This document shows positions 40,291-53,804 of a stretch of 64,000 nucleotides of DNA, in pieces (positions within the stretch are counted from its first letter, which is position 1; each line of letters opens with the position of its first letter). Made by a program: the position numbers and the translations under genes. The stretch covers positions 375,348,001 through 375,412,000 of the forward strand of contig OZ024741.1 of NCBI GenBank assembly GCA_964016885.1. The letters are read 5' to 3'. Origin of the DNA: Eledone cirrhosa (taxonomy: Eukaryota). The notes beneath the pieces were generated by a model, which was not told the DNA's origin, did not search any database, and saw nothing but the letters and a program-made list of their open reading frames with translations.

Positions 40291-41149
40291 GTATTTAATA
40301 CTATTAGTTTTTCTGTTACGAACTAAAAAAAAAATTTTAAATTATATATTTCATCTAAACTTTTTTAAAAGCAAACGTATCACTGTGTAATATCTCAGTT
40401 ACTACTATCTATCTATCTATATATCTATCTGTCTATCTATCTATTTACCTACATACCTACCTCCCCACTCTATCTATATCTATACATATATATCTAATTG
40501 CCTGCTTTCATTTAATGTCTGGAAAGATTTTAAATACTACCATTGTTTACTGTCGCACCACATTTGCTATGGTACTTAGAGACTAGAGCCGAATGCTACC
40601 ATTCTATTGTACAGCGATTCGAGACATTTTTCTCTAATAACCAATTTTTTCATTCACTTGTTAATTTGTGTTTGCCTTGAGATATGTTAGTTGAGTTCTT
40701 ATGGAGGGGCCGAAGCATAGAATCTCAACTCCTGGCCATCACGTAAATTTCTGAACCAGTAGCCGTCGGTATTTTGATGACGCGTAGGGATTTCAGTTAC
40801 CACTGTATCTGTACTACTGTGTCGCCTGTCGCATTTACTGTCATAGCCAACACAGACTAGAATCAAATCCTGTCGATTGATTGGTTGTTGATTAGGCGAG
40901 ATCCGCTGATGAAGCCACATGCGCCGATTGTGCATTATTGCATAATAAATGCAGACAATGGATACTGTACACTCTCTTACTGCATTAGGTGTGGCTCTTT
41001 GTCAGACACGATTTTTCGCATCTTGTTTCTGTAACTGAGCTGCAGTCGTGGGTGAAATGAAGACCATGACTAGGAGTCTGGCCTCTTTAATGTTGTCAAG
41101 TGCTCACAGCCCTTTACCGGTCGGGCAATGCGGTAAGTGAAAATTCCAA

Positions 41150-41785
41150 TCAAACGTTCTATAAAGGACTAGTGATGGCAGGAGCGACGATGCTCATGGA
41201 GAGACTTTAGGCGTCGACGAGAAAGAATTCGCTAGTCTGTTCCCGAGAACTTTCGGTCCAGTGATTATAGACATTTTCCAGAAATCCCTGGCTTGGCAGT
41301 GCTACCAGAGAACATTGCCGGTTCGCGATAAACTTTACAGGTACGGAACTGCAGCCAGGCGTTGCTGCCTAGGATGAACGCAGAACGACGAAACCGTTCT
41401 GCACGCACTCCAGTGCCCATGTATTTCTGTCTTGTGGAGTTTTGTCGAATAACTATGGTCGCGTGTAGGACGGCTCTAGTATGTGAATGTAATGAGGATG
41501 ATCCGAATGAATAGACCTACTTGGGGCATGCACCTGTAAACTGGAGAGTTCAGAGAAAAGAGAGGGCACCTTCCTAGGGTGCTCTTGGAGATTAAAGTCG
41601 TTTCAGATCTGTGGTGTTCCTAAATCATACCTGTGCAACTCTCCCTAACCCCTAAAGGGGAATTCTGTTGTTATTTATTGTTGTTTTCTGATTTATCTTT
41701 TTACGCATTTTATGTAAATCCCCACTCTCCCTGTATTTTTTTAATTATCTTTTATGTTTGGTCCCTTGTGGCTAATAAAGAAATA
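41150..41785 (+). mobile_element. L1/Tx1-clade LINE 3' fragment
   Basis: FQKSLAWQCYQRTLPVRDKLYRYG..CLG*TQNDETVLHALQCP (C-terminal zinc knuckle). 3' end CCCTTGTGGCTAATAAAGAAA(TAA)n is also present at 48399-48419 on the minus strand. Confidence 0.75.
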
Positions 41786-42720
41786 ATAATAATGTAATAA
41801 TTATTATTATTATCATTATATTTCGATTTCTTTTCATCTCAAGCAAAATGTGAGTGGGCGATGGTCCATGACAAAGATGAAGATGAAAGAGATAACGAAA
41901 GAGACAGAGGAGAGAGACAGAGAAAGCTGAGGTTGTTGAGAAGAATAGAGAGAGAGAGAGAGGGAGAGAGAGAAAGAGAGAGAGAGAGAAGGGGAGAGAA
42001 CTTTGAACTTGGAGTAATGAAGACGTGGCCATTTTATTTTTCCTCAAGAGGGAAACGCCAGAAAAAGTCTGACAACTCACAGAGTACAAAGAAAATCACA
42101 CACATAGGCTTACATATAGACAGGTAGCAATAGATGCATATAACCTCAACACATACACACTTGCTCACAAAGCATACACACGCACACACACACACACGTA
42201 CACACACACATTCACACACACACACATACACTTGCAGACGACATACAGATTAGTCACAGCATACAGATTACAGTAACACAGTCAATCACAAGAGACACTC
42301 ATAGATACACATAGAAACACACGCACACACACACACACCCATACATATAACCACACACACATACATAGAAACACGCGCGCACACCCACACGTACGTATGA
42401 ACACACACATATACATAGAAACACGCGCACACATACACATACATATGGGCACACACACATACGTAGAAACACGCACACACACACCCATACATTCACACAT
42501 ACATACAAACACGCACACATACATACAAACACGCACACACACATAAACACACGCATATACATACAAACATGCCCCCCCCCCCCCACACACACACACAAAT
42601 ATACAACACACATCAAAGACGAAAGCTAAACACTCATGAAATAAAGACAAGGAACGATAACACAGAAAAATATCCAAGAGGAACAAAAGTAGGAGTAAAT
42701 GAATAAAATGTTGAAAACGC

Positions 42721-43075
42721 ATGACGATGGTGGTGGTGGTAATGGTGGTGATGGTGGTGATAATGGTGGTGGTGGTGGTGGTGGTGGTGGTGGTGATAAT
42801 GGTGGTGATGGTGGTGATAATGGTGATGGTCGTGGTGATGATGGTGGTGTTGGTGTTGGTGTTGGTGGTGTTGGTGGTGATGGTGGTGTTGGTGGTGATA
42901 GTGGTGGTGGTGATGGTGGTGGTGCTGATGATGATGGTCGTGGGGGTGGGGGTGATGATGATGGTGATGATGGTGATGATGATGATGGTGACGCTGATGG
43001 TGATGATGGCGATGGTGATGATGGTGACAATGATGGTGATCATGATAATGATAATGATGGTGATGATGGCGATGG

Positions 43076-43116
<41 letters not shown>
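42721..43116. repeat. compound (GGT)/(GAT) microsatellite
   Basis: Direct reading of the sequence. Confidence 0.9.
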
Positions 43117-43118
<2 letters not shown>

Positions 43119-44099
43119 GAAGAGAGGAAAGTGGCAGAGCACGAGGTAGTGTTGGTGGTAGAAAAGTAGAAGGAGGGGGAATTGAATGTTTGGGAAGACA
43201 GAAATTAGATGTTCGATTATCCAATATTTCTTTAGTATCGAATATCGATGTGTTTGAATAGAACTGATTGTAATTGTTAAACCCCAGCTTCCCAAATTCC
43301 CTGGTCCAGCAGATGTTGTGCTGAGGAAATTATGACTAGGATTTTTATGTTCATGTTCTTCTAATAACTTAATGAAGATTTTCCTAAAATCTGTCTGTAT
43401 GTTGTCAGATCCACATGTTTGGCGAAAACTTATCCTGTTTGTGGATCTGACATCATTTCTAAAATGTTGACAACATCATTTCTAAAATTTTGAAATACAT
43501 GAAAAAATCCGATTAACTTTTGATAATGTTGAGAACATCTTGAATCGCAATTCAGGGTTTATATTTTTCCATGGACATGTGACTTCATATTTATTGAAGA
43601 ACTACAAAAGCCTATCCTGTAAGCAATTCACTTACATTCGGTCTATTTCGACACAGCTAACATTCTCCCAGAAAAATTAACTTTGAGAATAACCTCCTTT
43701 GACCCATAAAACGAAAACCATACCACTACCCACATAAACAAAAATAAATTTAATATATGGTTTCCGGATTTGACTCCCAACAGACCATAGAATTTCATTC
43801 ACCCACATTTCTAACATATATATATACTCACAATTCACACACACACATCGCATAACACTTTACGTCTCATGTTTATCTATGTTTTTGATACGAGATTAAT
43901 CACAACCGATCAAATCACGCATTGTTTTCCAAAGGGGACATTTCTCAACCATACATTTTTTCAAATATTTTGTTAACTGTGGAGAATTTTACAGCACTTT
44001 TCACTACCTCCTAACGTGTTGACAAAGCAAAATTTCGAGTCTTGCTTGCGAAAAATTCAGGTACGATTAAATTTTATGTTACTCTACAAGTGAGTGGTG

Positions 44100-44385
44100 G
44101 CGGCACGTGGCCTAGTGGTAAGGGTGTTGGACTTACGATCATAATGTCGTGGATTCGATTCTTGGGTTGCGTGTTGTGTTCTTGAGCAAAACACTTCATT
44201 TCACATTGCTCCAGTATACTCAGCTGAAAATGAGTACCAGCAATAGCTGGTGGGTTTAACCCTGCGATGAACTGAAGTCCTGTCCCGGGGTGCGTCTTGT
44301 ACTCTCAGTTGCTTCACGTCATGAAACCGGGATAAGCACCGGCCAAATGAGCCTTCTGGCTTAAGACATACTTTAGATTTAGACT
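44100..44385 (+). mobile_element. tRNA-derived SINE, group B (CORE-like), full length
   Basis: A-box, B-box, TGTGTTCTTGAGCAAAACACTT and (TTAGAY) tail. Partial relatives at 24248, 38447 and 57697. Confidence 0.85.
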
Positions 44386-44484
44386 TCGAGTGCTTCGAAT
44401 CGTTTTTGTATGCACTAACGTACACACACACACACACACACAAAGAAAAAATAATCAGAATACAGGGATGAAGATGCCACTGAT

Positions 44485-44542
<58 letters not shown>

Positions 44543-44597
44543 GTTTTTTTAATTTGTTTTGCGAGATTTCTTATCTGAAAACGTTTGTTGAAACAGA

Positions 44598-44678
44598 TAT
44601 TGTTATATTTTGGGAGGGTCATGTTGCCAGGTGCGTGTGTTTTTATTGGCAACATGACCGTCCCAAAGTATAACAATA
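44598..44678. repeat. 32-bp-arm inverted repeat between (TA)n tracts
   Basis: TATTGTTATATTTTGGGAGGGTCATGTTGCCA / TGGCAACATGACCGTCCCAAAGTATAACAATA. Confidence 0.85.
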
Positions 44679-44679
44679 A

Positions 44680-44736
<57 letters not shown>

Positions 44737-44961
44737 CAGCTATCTCAGTAGCCGTATGAGAATGTAAGACACATATTTCTGAATTTTGGTGGGATATAGG
44801 GGCGTTCTGATGCAGCCACTGAGATAGCTGTGACATGATCACTACTTTAAATAATCATAGCAAACACCAAGCGTGTTTATTATACATATACATTTCGTAT
44901 ATGCCTTCATATACACCTCATATCATGAACCACGTCATGTTAGTGCTACTGCTAATTAATT

Positions 44962-45137
44962 ATTTCTACATTTTGGCACAAGGCCAGCAAATTACCCAGT
45001 ACATTACTGGTACTTTATTTTATCGACCCCGTAAGTATGAAAGGCAAAGTAAACCTCGGCGGGATTTGAATTCAGACCGTAAAGAGACGTAACTATGCTG
45101 GAAAACATGGCGTCCGACTCTCTACCGATACTGCCAA
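44962..45137 (-). mobile_element. tRNA-derived SINE, group A
   Basis: Reverse-strand match. Further copies at 45440-45594 (+) and 46030-46135 (-). Confidence 0.85.
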
Positions 45138-45240
45138 TGAAGTTCGCACTATATGCAAATGAGCATTTCCAACCGATCTCTCATGTCTCAAATAGCATAT
45201 TATCTATAAGCTTCTTTTGTCTCAGTACCGATTAAGTAAA

Positions 45241-45283
45241 TCTCACTGATGACGGATAAACATCCAGAAACAAGTGTTTGACA
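45241..45283 (+). ncRNA. type I hammerhead ribozyme motif
   Basis: TCA-CTGATGA-C-GGAT-AAAC-ATCC-A-GAAAC-AAGT-GTT-TGA. Stem III ACAAGTGT is one change from the palindrome ACACGTGT. Downstream sequence recurs inverted at 44737-44790. Confidence 0.65.
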
Positions 45284-45679
45284 TTCTCGTACGGCTACTG
45301 AGTTAGCTGCCACAGCTAAAAATATTCGAAGTGAGACTCATGCACGTTCATTGTGCATAAACATATATATGCTTCAATATACTCCCTTATCGTATGTTAG
45401 AGCTACTGCTAATATATATATATATATTATAGCGTCAGAGGCCATGCTTTACAGCATAGAGCTATAGCCCTTTACATTCTGAGTTCAAATCCCACCGAGG
45501 TTAACTTTGCCTTTCATCCTTACGGAGTCGATAAAATAAAGCACCAGTAATACACTGGAATAATTGCTGGCCTTGTGTCAAAAGTAGAAACAATTGTGTG
45601 TGTGGTGGTGTGTGTGTGTGTGTGTGTATGTGTGTGTGTGTGTGTGTGCGTGTGTGTGTGTGTGGTAAATTTACGGAAG

Positions 45680-46014
45680 AACACCCACCTCGATTTCAGT
45701 GTGAAAAAATGTTTTCTTCCTCGGTATTTTCGTGTGCTATCAACTAATCTAACCTCCAATGTGCCAACAATCGAATTTTTCCCGGAAAACGGTGAAGGGG
45801 GAGGTGGGGTCTGCCGGATGTAAAATTCGTGGAGAATACTCGGAGGAGTGGGAGTGGCGGGAGTGGGAAGTGATCCGAGGAGGGTGGTGACCCATCCCAC
45901 CTATTCCGTTTTCCGTGGAGAAAACCTGATTGCGAACATCATGGAGGTTAGATTATTTGAAAGCACACGAAAAAACAACGAAAAATATTTTTTCCACTGA
46001 AATCAAAGGGGGTT
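45680..46014. mobile_element. fold-back MITE with long imperfect TIRs
   Basis: GATTTCAGTG..TTTTCGTGTGCTATCAACTAATCTAACCTCCA..CGGAAAACGG is mirrored by CCGTTTTCCG..TGGAGGTTAGATTATTTGAAAGCACACGAAAA..CACTGAAATC. Confidence 0.7.
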
Positions 46015-46132
46015 TTATTCTTTAATAACTGTTTCTACTTTTGGCACAAGGCCAGCAATTAACCCAGTGTATTACTGGTACTTTATTTCATCGACCCCGT
46101 AAGGATGAAAGTTAACCACGGCGGGATTTGAA

Positions 46133-46194
<62 letters not shown>

Positions 46195-46412
46195 GAGGTT
46201 ATATTTAATTTGTTGCGATTCAACAAGCTTAAAAATTTGTGTATTTGTATATATATATATACACACACACAAATACACTCGTGCGTAAAGTTACTCTACT
46301 TTTGTGACAATTTTCATCATGCCAATGTCGATATTTTATATTACCAGCGAAGTTGTGTGCTCGATATAATTGCAATTCCTCTCACACAAAATTGCTGCCT
46401 TGTGGGTATGTT

Positions 46413-46432
46413 TAGTAGTAGTAGTAGTAGTG

Positions 46433-46476
<44 letters not shown>

Positions 46477-46534
46477 TGTAGTAGTAGTAGTAGTGGTGGT
46501 GGTGGTGGTGGTGGTGGTGGTGGTGGTAGGAGTG

Positions 46535-46596
<62 letters not shown>

Positions 46597-46660
46597 GGTA
46601 GGAGTGGTGGTGGTGGTGGTAGTAGTAGTAGTAGTAGTGGTGGTGGTGGTGGTAGGAGTG

Positions 46661-46716
<56 letters not shown>

Positions 46717-46759
46717 AGGAGTGGTGGTGGTGGTAGGAGTGGTGGTGGTGGTAGGAGTG

Positions 46760-46792
<33 letters not shown>

Positions 46793-46831
46793 ATAGTAGT
46801 GGTGGTGGTGGTAGGAGTGGTGGTGGTAGTG

Positions 46832-46887
<56 letters not shown>

Positions 46888-46919
46888 GGTGGTGGTAGGA
46901 ATGGTGGTGGTAGTAGTAC

Positions 46920-46968
<49 letters not shown>

Positions 46969-46995
46969 GGTGGTAGTAGTAGTAGTAGTAATATC

Positions 46996-47044
<49 letters not shown>

Positions 47045-47075
47045 ATAGTAGTAGTGGTGGTAGTAGTAGTAGTAA

Positions 47076-47107
<32 letters not shown>

Positions 47108-47130
47108 ATAGTAGTGGTGGTGGTGGTAGG

Positions 47131-47199
<69 letters not shown>

Positions 47200-47254
47200 G
47201 GTGGTGGTAGTAGTAGTAGTAGTAATAGCAGTAGTAGTAGTAGTAATAGTAGTA

Positions 47255-47314
<60 letters not shown>

Positions 47315-47350
47315 ATGGTGGTGGTGGTAGTAGTAATAACAGTAGTAGTA
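46413..47350. repeat. compound (AGT)/(GGT) microsatellite
   Basis: Direct reading; recurring GGTAGGAGT interruptions. Confidence 0.95.
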
Positions 47351-47489
47351 GGACGTCATACGCTAAGAGAATAGAAAACTTGAAAGTAGAAAGCAACTTT
47401 GCTAAATTTGTATATTTACAAGTGGCATATAATATATAACGCATAAATACATGAACACACACACACACATATATGTATGTATGTTTGTT

Positions 47490-47532
<43 letters not shown>

Positions 47533-47596
47533 TTTTATTTATTTATATATATACATATTTATGCATGTATATATGGTTATATATATATATATATAT

Positions 47597-47806
47597 TAGA
47601 AAGTGAGGTTTTTTTTACAAAATGAAAAATAACCGAGGTGTCCTACACGAGTGAAAGTATAAAGAAAAAGAGATGAAATCGAAAATGCAACTGGAGTCTT
47701 ATTTTTTTTAAAAATATATATATTTATTTGGTTCCTTTACCGGTTTCGCAGTTCTTCTGCTTTTCAAAAGGTGAGTTGAGATGGAGGGTCTGTGGTTTTT
47801 CTCACA
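47597..47806 (-). mobile_element. Penelope-type terminal repeat in (TA)n
   Basis: Matches 35316-35531 and has the same 5' endpoint (..TTTTCTCACAT). Confidence 0.8.
47734..47771 (-). ncRNA. minimal type I hammerhead, U3:A8 core variant
   Basis: Minus strand CCTT-TTGAAAA-GCAG-AAGAA-CTGC-GAAA-CCGG-TA-AAGG. Confidence 0.72.
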
Positions 47807-47822
47807 TATATATATATATATA

Positions 47823-47995
47823 TAGGAACAAAGCTCAAGCCGTTTCGACGGCTATTTCTGTCCAGAAATAGCCGTCGAAACGGCTTGAGCTCTGCCGTCA
47901 GTGTCATACTTGTTCCTATTACCCACTCTACTACCCTAAGTATTGAGTACTTTGGTGCGTTATGGTCCATCTGGTTCCTTACCACACTTCCTTCG

Positions 47996-48033
<38 letters not shown>

Positions 48034-48167
48034 CGAAGGAAGTGTGGTAAGGAACCAGGTGGACCATAACGCACAAGAGTACTCGATACTTTGGGTAGTA
48101 GAGTGGGTAATAGGAACAAGTATGACCCCGACGGCAGAGCTCAAGCCGTTTCGACGGCTATTTCTGG
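47823..48167. mobile_element. two copies of a Penelope-type repeat, tail-to-tail around (TA)n
   Basis: 47863-47997 and 48032-48167 are reverse complements. The left copy carries an additional 5' fold-back. Each has GAAA-CGGC-ttgagctct-GCCG-TC. Confidence 0.8.
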
Positions 48168-48226
<59 letters not shown>

Positions 48227-48469
48227 CGGACATAAGAGCATGCGTAAAGACAATTATGTAGAAAAATATATAAATAGTCAGGCATAGAGTTTGACATACA
48301 TACATACATACATATAAACATACATTGCAGACATACATACAGGGAGACATATAGATAGATAGATAGATAGATATGTTTCAGATAGATAGATAGATAGATT
48401 TCTTTATTAGCCACAAGGGCGCAACAAGAAAAGGGGACAATACAAAGACATGCCGGGGATTTTACATAC

Positions 48470-48528
<59 letters not shown>

Positions 48529-48537
48529 TTCTCTTAC

Positions 48538-48622
48538 CCGTGGAAATGAGTTGGATCGGGTTTCCAGATCCAATGATGAACAACGCTGTGGCCAGCATTC
48601 TAAAATTCACCATGCTATCCAT
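48538..48622 (-). CDS. candidate first coding exon (signal-peptide-like) of a minus-strand gene
   Basis: MDSMVNFRMLATALFIIGSGNPIQLIST followed by phase-1 donor G|GTAAGA. Unique, CpG-containing sequence lies upstream (48640-48900). Confidence 0.4.
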
Positions 48623-48966
48623 AGCAATCTAGGTGTCAACGATTCTTCTCCTTCTTCAGCTTGTCCGAACACAAATCGACTCCAGTGTGCGGACGACACG
48701 GAAAGAGCAGACCGTAATGAAACGAGTTTTGTTGCTATGGTGAGAAGAAAGTTCTGAAACTGTAAGCCGAAGCCGAGCAGACGACACATACACACGGTAA
48801 GCAGTGCGCGTGCGCTGTACAGCAAATCGACGTCTGCTTTCCTGCAATATAGACACTGCGTTGAATGTCGGGGCACGGCGGTGGTCAACGTCTCGCTTCT
48901 CTCTGGTGACAAATAATAAAGTAGATGATGCATTTAGAAATAGCTAACACGAACATACATGTAAAT

Positions 48967-49005
<39 letters not shown>

Positions 49006-49250
49006 CTTACACATACACACGTACGTACGTACATACATACATATATACATACATACATACTACATACACATATGTATTTTTATACACACACATATATATT
49101 TACACATACACACATACGCACGTACATACATATATACATACATGCATACATACATATATACATATATTCATATATACATACTACATAGAAATATGTATGT
49201 TTATACACACACACACATATATATATTTATACATATTTATACACACACAC

Positions 49251-49311
<61 letters not shown>

Positions 49312-49893
49312 AATGTAATATAATATAGGTACATGCCAATCCATACATATATGCATACATATAGACAAACATCAATCAATATACTCACACACACATACAT
49401 ACACACGCATACACACAAATACACACCACACACACACACGCACACACAGACACACACACATGTATACATTCACGTGCATACAGATGCATAAACACGCTCT
49501 TTCATGTAGAAATTTATGAAACGCTAGGAATGATCGAGCCTAACAATCATCTGACCCCCCCCCTCTCCCTCCTCTCTCTCTCTCTCTCTTTATTACCCTT
49601 CTCTATCTCTTTGTGTCTTTCTCTCTTGGTAAATATTGTAGGGCTATATACGTATATATACACACACGCACGGATCTATAATATTAAAATAAATCATAAT
49701 TTGATTAATTGGTTAATTAGAATTACACTTACACACACGTATACACACAAACACACACTTGCACACACATACAGACCTCTCTGTATCTCTGTTTCTGTCG
49801 AGATGCATATATGTATGTATGTATGTGTATGTATATGTGTATGTATGGACTGAGCGCTCTTACCCTTGGATATTTCCACCTAACTTTTACTAC

Positions 49894-49956
<63 letters not shown>

Positions 49957-50261
49957 ATATACATATATTATAAAGTGAAATGACAGGAGGCCAAATATGT
50001 TGAATTTCCTTAATTTTTTTATTTCTGTAAACACTATGGACATTTCAGTGGCCAGGTTGCGTAAGAACCCGGTGACCTCATCAGGTGCAAATTGTGTAAT
50101 AGATGTATACCAACGGAATGATGGTAAGCTTTAAGGAAACAAGCAAAGAAAAAACAGAGAGGAAAATATGTGTGCTATATTTTTGACCCAGAGACAGACG
50201 TAGTAGTATGTTTCCACACTGCTAGCCCGTACATACATACATACATGCATACATACATACA

Positions 50262-50680
50262 TGATTACACCTTCAGATTTATGCCTGTGATTATTGGGGC
50301 ACTGGGGTAGTAACTGCCTCAATACAAATCTTGAGAAGCTAGGGTTCAGAGGAACAGAAAGAACACAACTAGTTAGGAAATTACAAGTACAATCCATTAA
50401 TGGAACAGTAAAAATGTGTAAAACTATCCAAAAATTTTGCATCTAATAACTGCATATACACATGTACAGATACAAAGCATATACACATGCACACATACAA
50501 CTCAAAACATACACATCCACACATACAATAACATCCATATCTACACATGCATGCAGACATACATACATATCTACCTAGTTGATGTTGTGTAAATTCCAAT
50601 GAGAGAGTCTTGTGTCTATGTTAGAAACCGACTCTCTCTCTATTGGTAAAACTTTGTGAAATTATAAAACCAGAAGAACA
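50262..50680 (+). mobile_element. R4/Dong-like RLE LINE family 2, 3' end
   Basis: FRFMPVIIGALG..NLEKLGFRGTERTQLVRKLQVQSINGTVKMCKTIQKFCI* plus 3' UTR. (CATA)n on both sides. Reverse complement of 13641-14050. Confidence 0.8.
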
Positions 50681-50695
50681 TACATACATACATAC

Positions 50696-50868
50696 GTGAT
50701 GGCTGCCCCCTCGTTATCGAGTATGGCCATTGCACGATATACCATTATTAATAAGCGTGAAGATATTTTTTAAAGTGAGGAAAGACTGTGCACTGAGCCA
50801 ATCCCACTCTCTGAGCGACAGTAGCTATAACCCGAAAAGAAGAAAAGATTAACATCATCGGTAACTAC
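50696..50868 (-). mobile_element. diverged RTE-tailed non-coding retroelement, 3' part, in (CATA)n
   Basis: Matches 32563-32766. Confidence 0.75.
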
Positions 50869-51214
50869 ATACATACATACATCATAAGCTGCAAATGTTT
50901 AAAATGTATAGGGGTATGTTAAACTCTGATTAAATCATTATCTGATATAAGACTAAAAAGCGAAATGTGAAGATTACATATTTTTTTATAACACAAGAAT
51001 AAGTGACAATTACTCAATTTTAGCATAGAAACTCATATCAAGCTTTAGTTTGAAAATCAAAGGTGTTAGCTTGTGAAAAGGAAAAAATAGTCGTGGCTAT
51101 CTTGCTGATGCGTGTTAAGTGTGTTCTAAGAGAATGGAGAGTGTGAGAAAGATAAGGGAATGATGGTTTGGGGACGGTAAGGTTATATTAAGTGAATTGT
51201 GTGGAGAAATCAGA

Positions 51215-51585
51215 GTTAACCCTTTCGGAATCAGATCCCTCATCTGGGACGCCACATGGTGTGACTCGTTCTCTGCCTCCAACTTAGTCGCTTCGGCCAC
51301 AAATTCCGGTACCATGGCCCGCCTTGCAGAGAAAAGAAAGATAAACAAATACCGGGCATTGTCCGGCTGCTTCCTCTTTGCAACGGTCACCGTCAAGACC
51401 CCAGGCGTACTTTGACTCCGTACTGCCAAGTTCCTCCACAAGATCGGAACGTCGGCGGCCCGTTTGAGGAAGGCACCCCGTTAGGTGGGGTGGCTGTTGC
51501 AGCGGGTGTCGCTGGCCATTGTCCGCGGGAATGCTTTTGCGGGCTTGTCAGCGGGGTGCAGCCCCATCACCGCCGCGCCCTAGGC
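51215..51585 (+). mobile_element. CRE-clade LINE RLE fragment
   Basis: RSLIWDATWCDSFSASNLVASATNSGTMARLAEKRKINKY..VKTPGVL, then WLLQRVSLAIVRGNAFA. Confidence 0.85.
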
Positions 51586-52329
51586 CCAGAGCCCTATCAC
51601 CTATCTCATTCCCCCTCCCCATTCTTCCGTGACACAAGAGCCCTTGCCTTTCCCTTCCTTTTACGTTTTTTTAATATTTTCTGATTTTACATTCCATTCT
51701 TTCTTCTCAATCTAAAGTTTTTTTTCTTTTTCTATTAGATTGTTTTTACTATTACTAACATCAATTTCCTACTGTTTTCTAAATAGATAGAATATTTCCA
51801 ATGAAATCCACAGCTTAGGTTTTTCAAATCATTATGAAAATCAAAGAATTAGTGGAACTCAGTCATATAACTATTCTTAAAGATTCCTAACATTACAAGT
51901 TGGACTTATTTTCTCATCATTACGTCGGTGTTTAAAATATAACTTAACAAACGTTCTTCCACATGATTATGATGGGGGTTTCTTTTAGACAACTATAAAC
52001 ACTTTAAAATAGACTGTGTTAAATCGTAGAACCAGGCTGTTTGTTGTCAAAAGCGTTAAAGTATAAGTGTGAGAATTTAAGGTGATAATATGCAATTTTT
52101 TGTATATGTAATTGTGAAAGTCTGTTGGATAGTTGGAGTCGGTCAGCAAACGTCATCCTTAGTGGAATAAAGAATATATATGTAAAAGCCCGTAATTACT
52201 AGTAGATTCGTAGGGGGCGCCGTAATGACATACAGCATTTCTTGGACATATTTTAAAAATATGGTGAGGCCCATCATTTCTCCAGGCTAGAACACAGTAG
52301 GAGTGTAGAGAGAGAGAGAGAGAGAGAGA

Positions 52330-52443
<114 letters not shown>

Positions 52444-52749
52444 GTGCTATTGGATGGCACTATCCCACTACTTTTTAATGATGCACCTTCAGAAAAAAAT
52501 ATGGTGATATACTCCGGAGTAGAGTTAGTGTGAATTAGAATGCGCGTCGAGAATGTTCTGTAGTTCCCCTCTCCTTCCCTACCAGCACTACACCACTAAA
52601 GTCTGGAGACGGGCCTGCAACAAAGCAATCACGTCATCTCACTATAACTTAATTTCATTCGGTGAAAAAACGATTTGGGGGTTAATTAAGAATTCTACAG
52701 ATATACTTTTATCCTATAATTTTGTTTTACCGATAAGTTTGCAAACCAA

Positions 52750-52968
52750 GGGTGGTGGTTTGGCAGAATTGGTAAAGCGTCGGATAAAATTCCATTGCGG
52801 TATTTATTCTGGCTCTTTACAGTCTGAATTCAAATCCCACTGAGGTCAACTTCGCTTTTCATCATTCCGGAGTCGACAAAATGAAATACCAGTCAAATGC
52901 TGGGGTTGATTTTATCAATGTTGCTATTCCATCAAACATACTAGCTTTATGCCTAAATTAGAAATCAA
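52750..52968 (+). mobile_element. group A SINE (older copy)
   Basis: Degenerate A-box, B-box and central motif. Confidence 0.75.
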
Positions 52969-53053
52969 TAAATTTACAAACCATATCATTCTCGCGTCAT
53001 CTCCTTCTCAAAAATTAACAACCAAGAAATTTTCATCCAATTATATTTTACAC

Positions 53054-53370
53054 CGGGGGCGTGCAACAGGCGGCCCACGGGCCACAATCCGGCCCGCCAG
53101 ATCAGTCAGAGTGGCCCGCGATGACCGGTTTTTAGTTTTTACCTTGTAGGCTTATTTAGAATTTGTTCGTAACCGTAATATAATTTTCTGTTAGTTGATT
53201 ATACTAAAGGGCTTCGCTGATAGGGTTATGTGTGTTATAATTTCCCAGTTCCATGTTATGGAAAGAAGTTGTGGTTTTCATTAGATTACATATTTTTGAC
53301 AGTGACTGGCCCTAATAGTTGTTCCAATGTTCAAAAATAGCCCGCCAACGGAATATGTTGCACACCCCTG
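53054..53370. mobile_element. hAT (Charlie/Buster-type) MITE
   Basis: TIRs CGGGGGCGTGCAAC / GTTGCACACCCCTG, subterminal GGCCC motifs, and 8-bp TSD TTTTACAC / TTCTACAC. Confidence 0.85.
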
Positions 53371-53499
53371 TTCTACACCATCTCATAGGGAGATATGTAA
53401 CTTTGGGGTTAATTCACTTATAGCAAAAATCAATCAATTCCCCTAAATGTTCGTATATTTCAACTACATAGCCTAGTGTAACCGTTAACTAAAGACATT

Positions 53500-53804
53500 A
53501 GGCAGGGAATTGGCAGAGCCATTAAGACATTGGATTGAGTGCTTTGTAGTATTCGTTCTGGCGCTCTGCTCTCTGAGTTCAAATCCCGTTCAGGTAACTT
53601 TGCGTTTCATCCTTTCGAGGTCAATAAAAATAGTAACAGTCTGGTACTAGGGTCAATTTTTCCGCTATATATCTTTCTCACTTTCCCTCTCTCACTCTCT
53701 ATCCTTCTCTGGAAGAAATCTACTATATTCAGACCTGGAGAGGGATGAGCTCCGCCTGGCTTAAAGTGCCCCCACGAACGCATCGGGAGTTACGGGACCA
53801 TATC
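53500..53804 (+). mobile_element. tRNA-derived SINE, group A long variant
   Basis: Matches the reverse complement of 216-532. A short-variant copy lies at 53994-54138 (-). Confidence 0.8.

Noticed and set aside
43634-43710. Possible minus-strand exon ending at a GTAAGTG donor
   Set aside because: All three frames from the nearest plausible acceptor contain stops.
44100-44175. Possible tRNA genes at SINE heads
   Set aside because: A and B boxes are present, but there is no complete cloverleaf and the sequence continues into SINE body.
46210-47468. Long ORFs (poly-S/G, poly-V, poly-L, poly-H, YI, CV, MYVC repeats) throughout the ORF track
   Set aside because: They are stop-free readings of microsatellites, open in several frames and on both strands, with no domain content.
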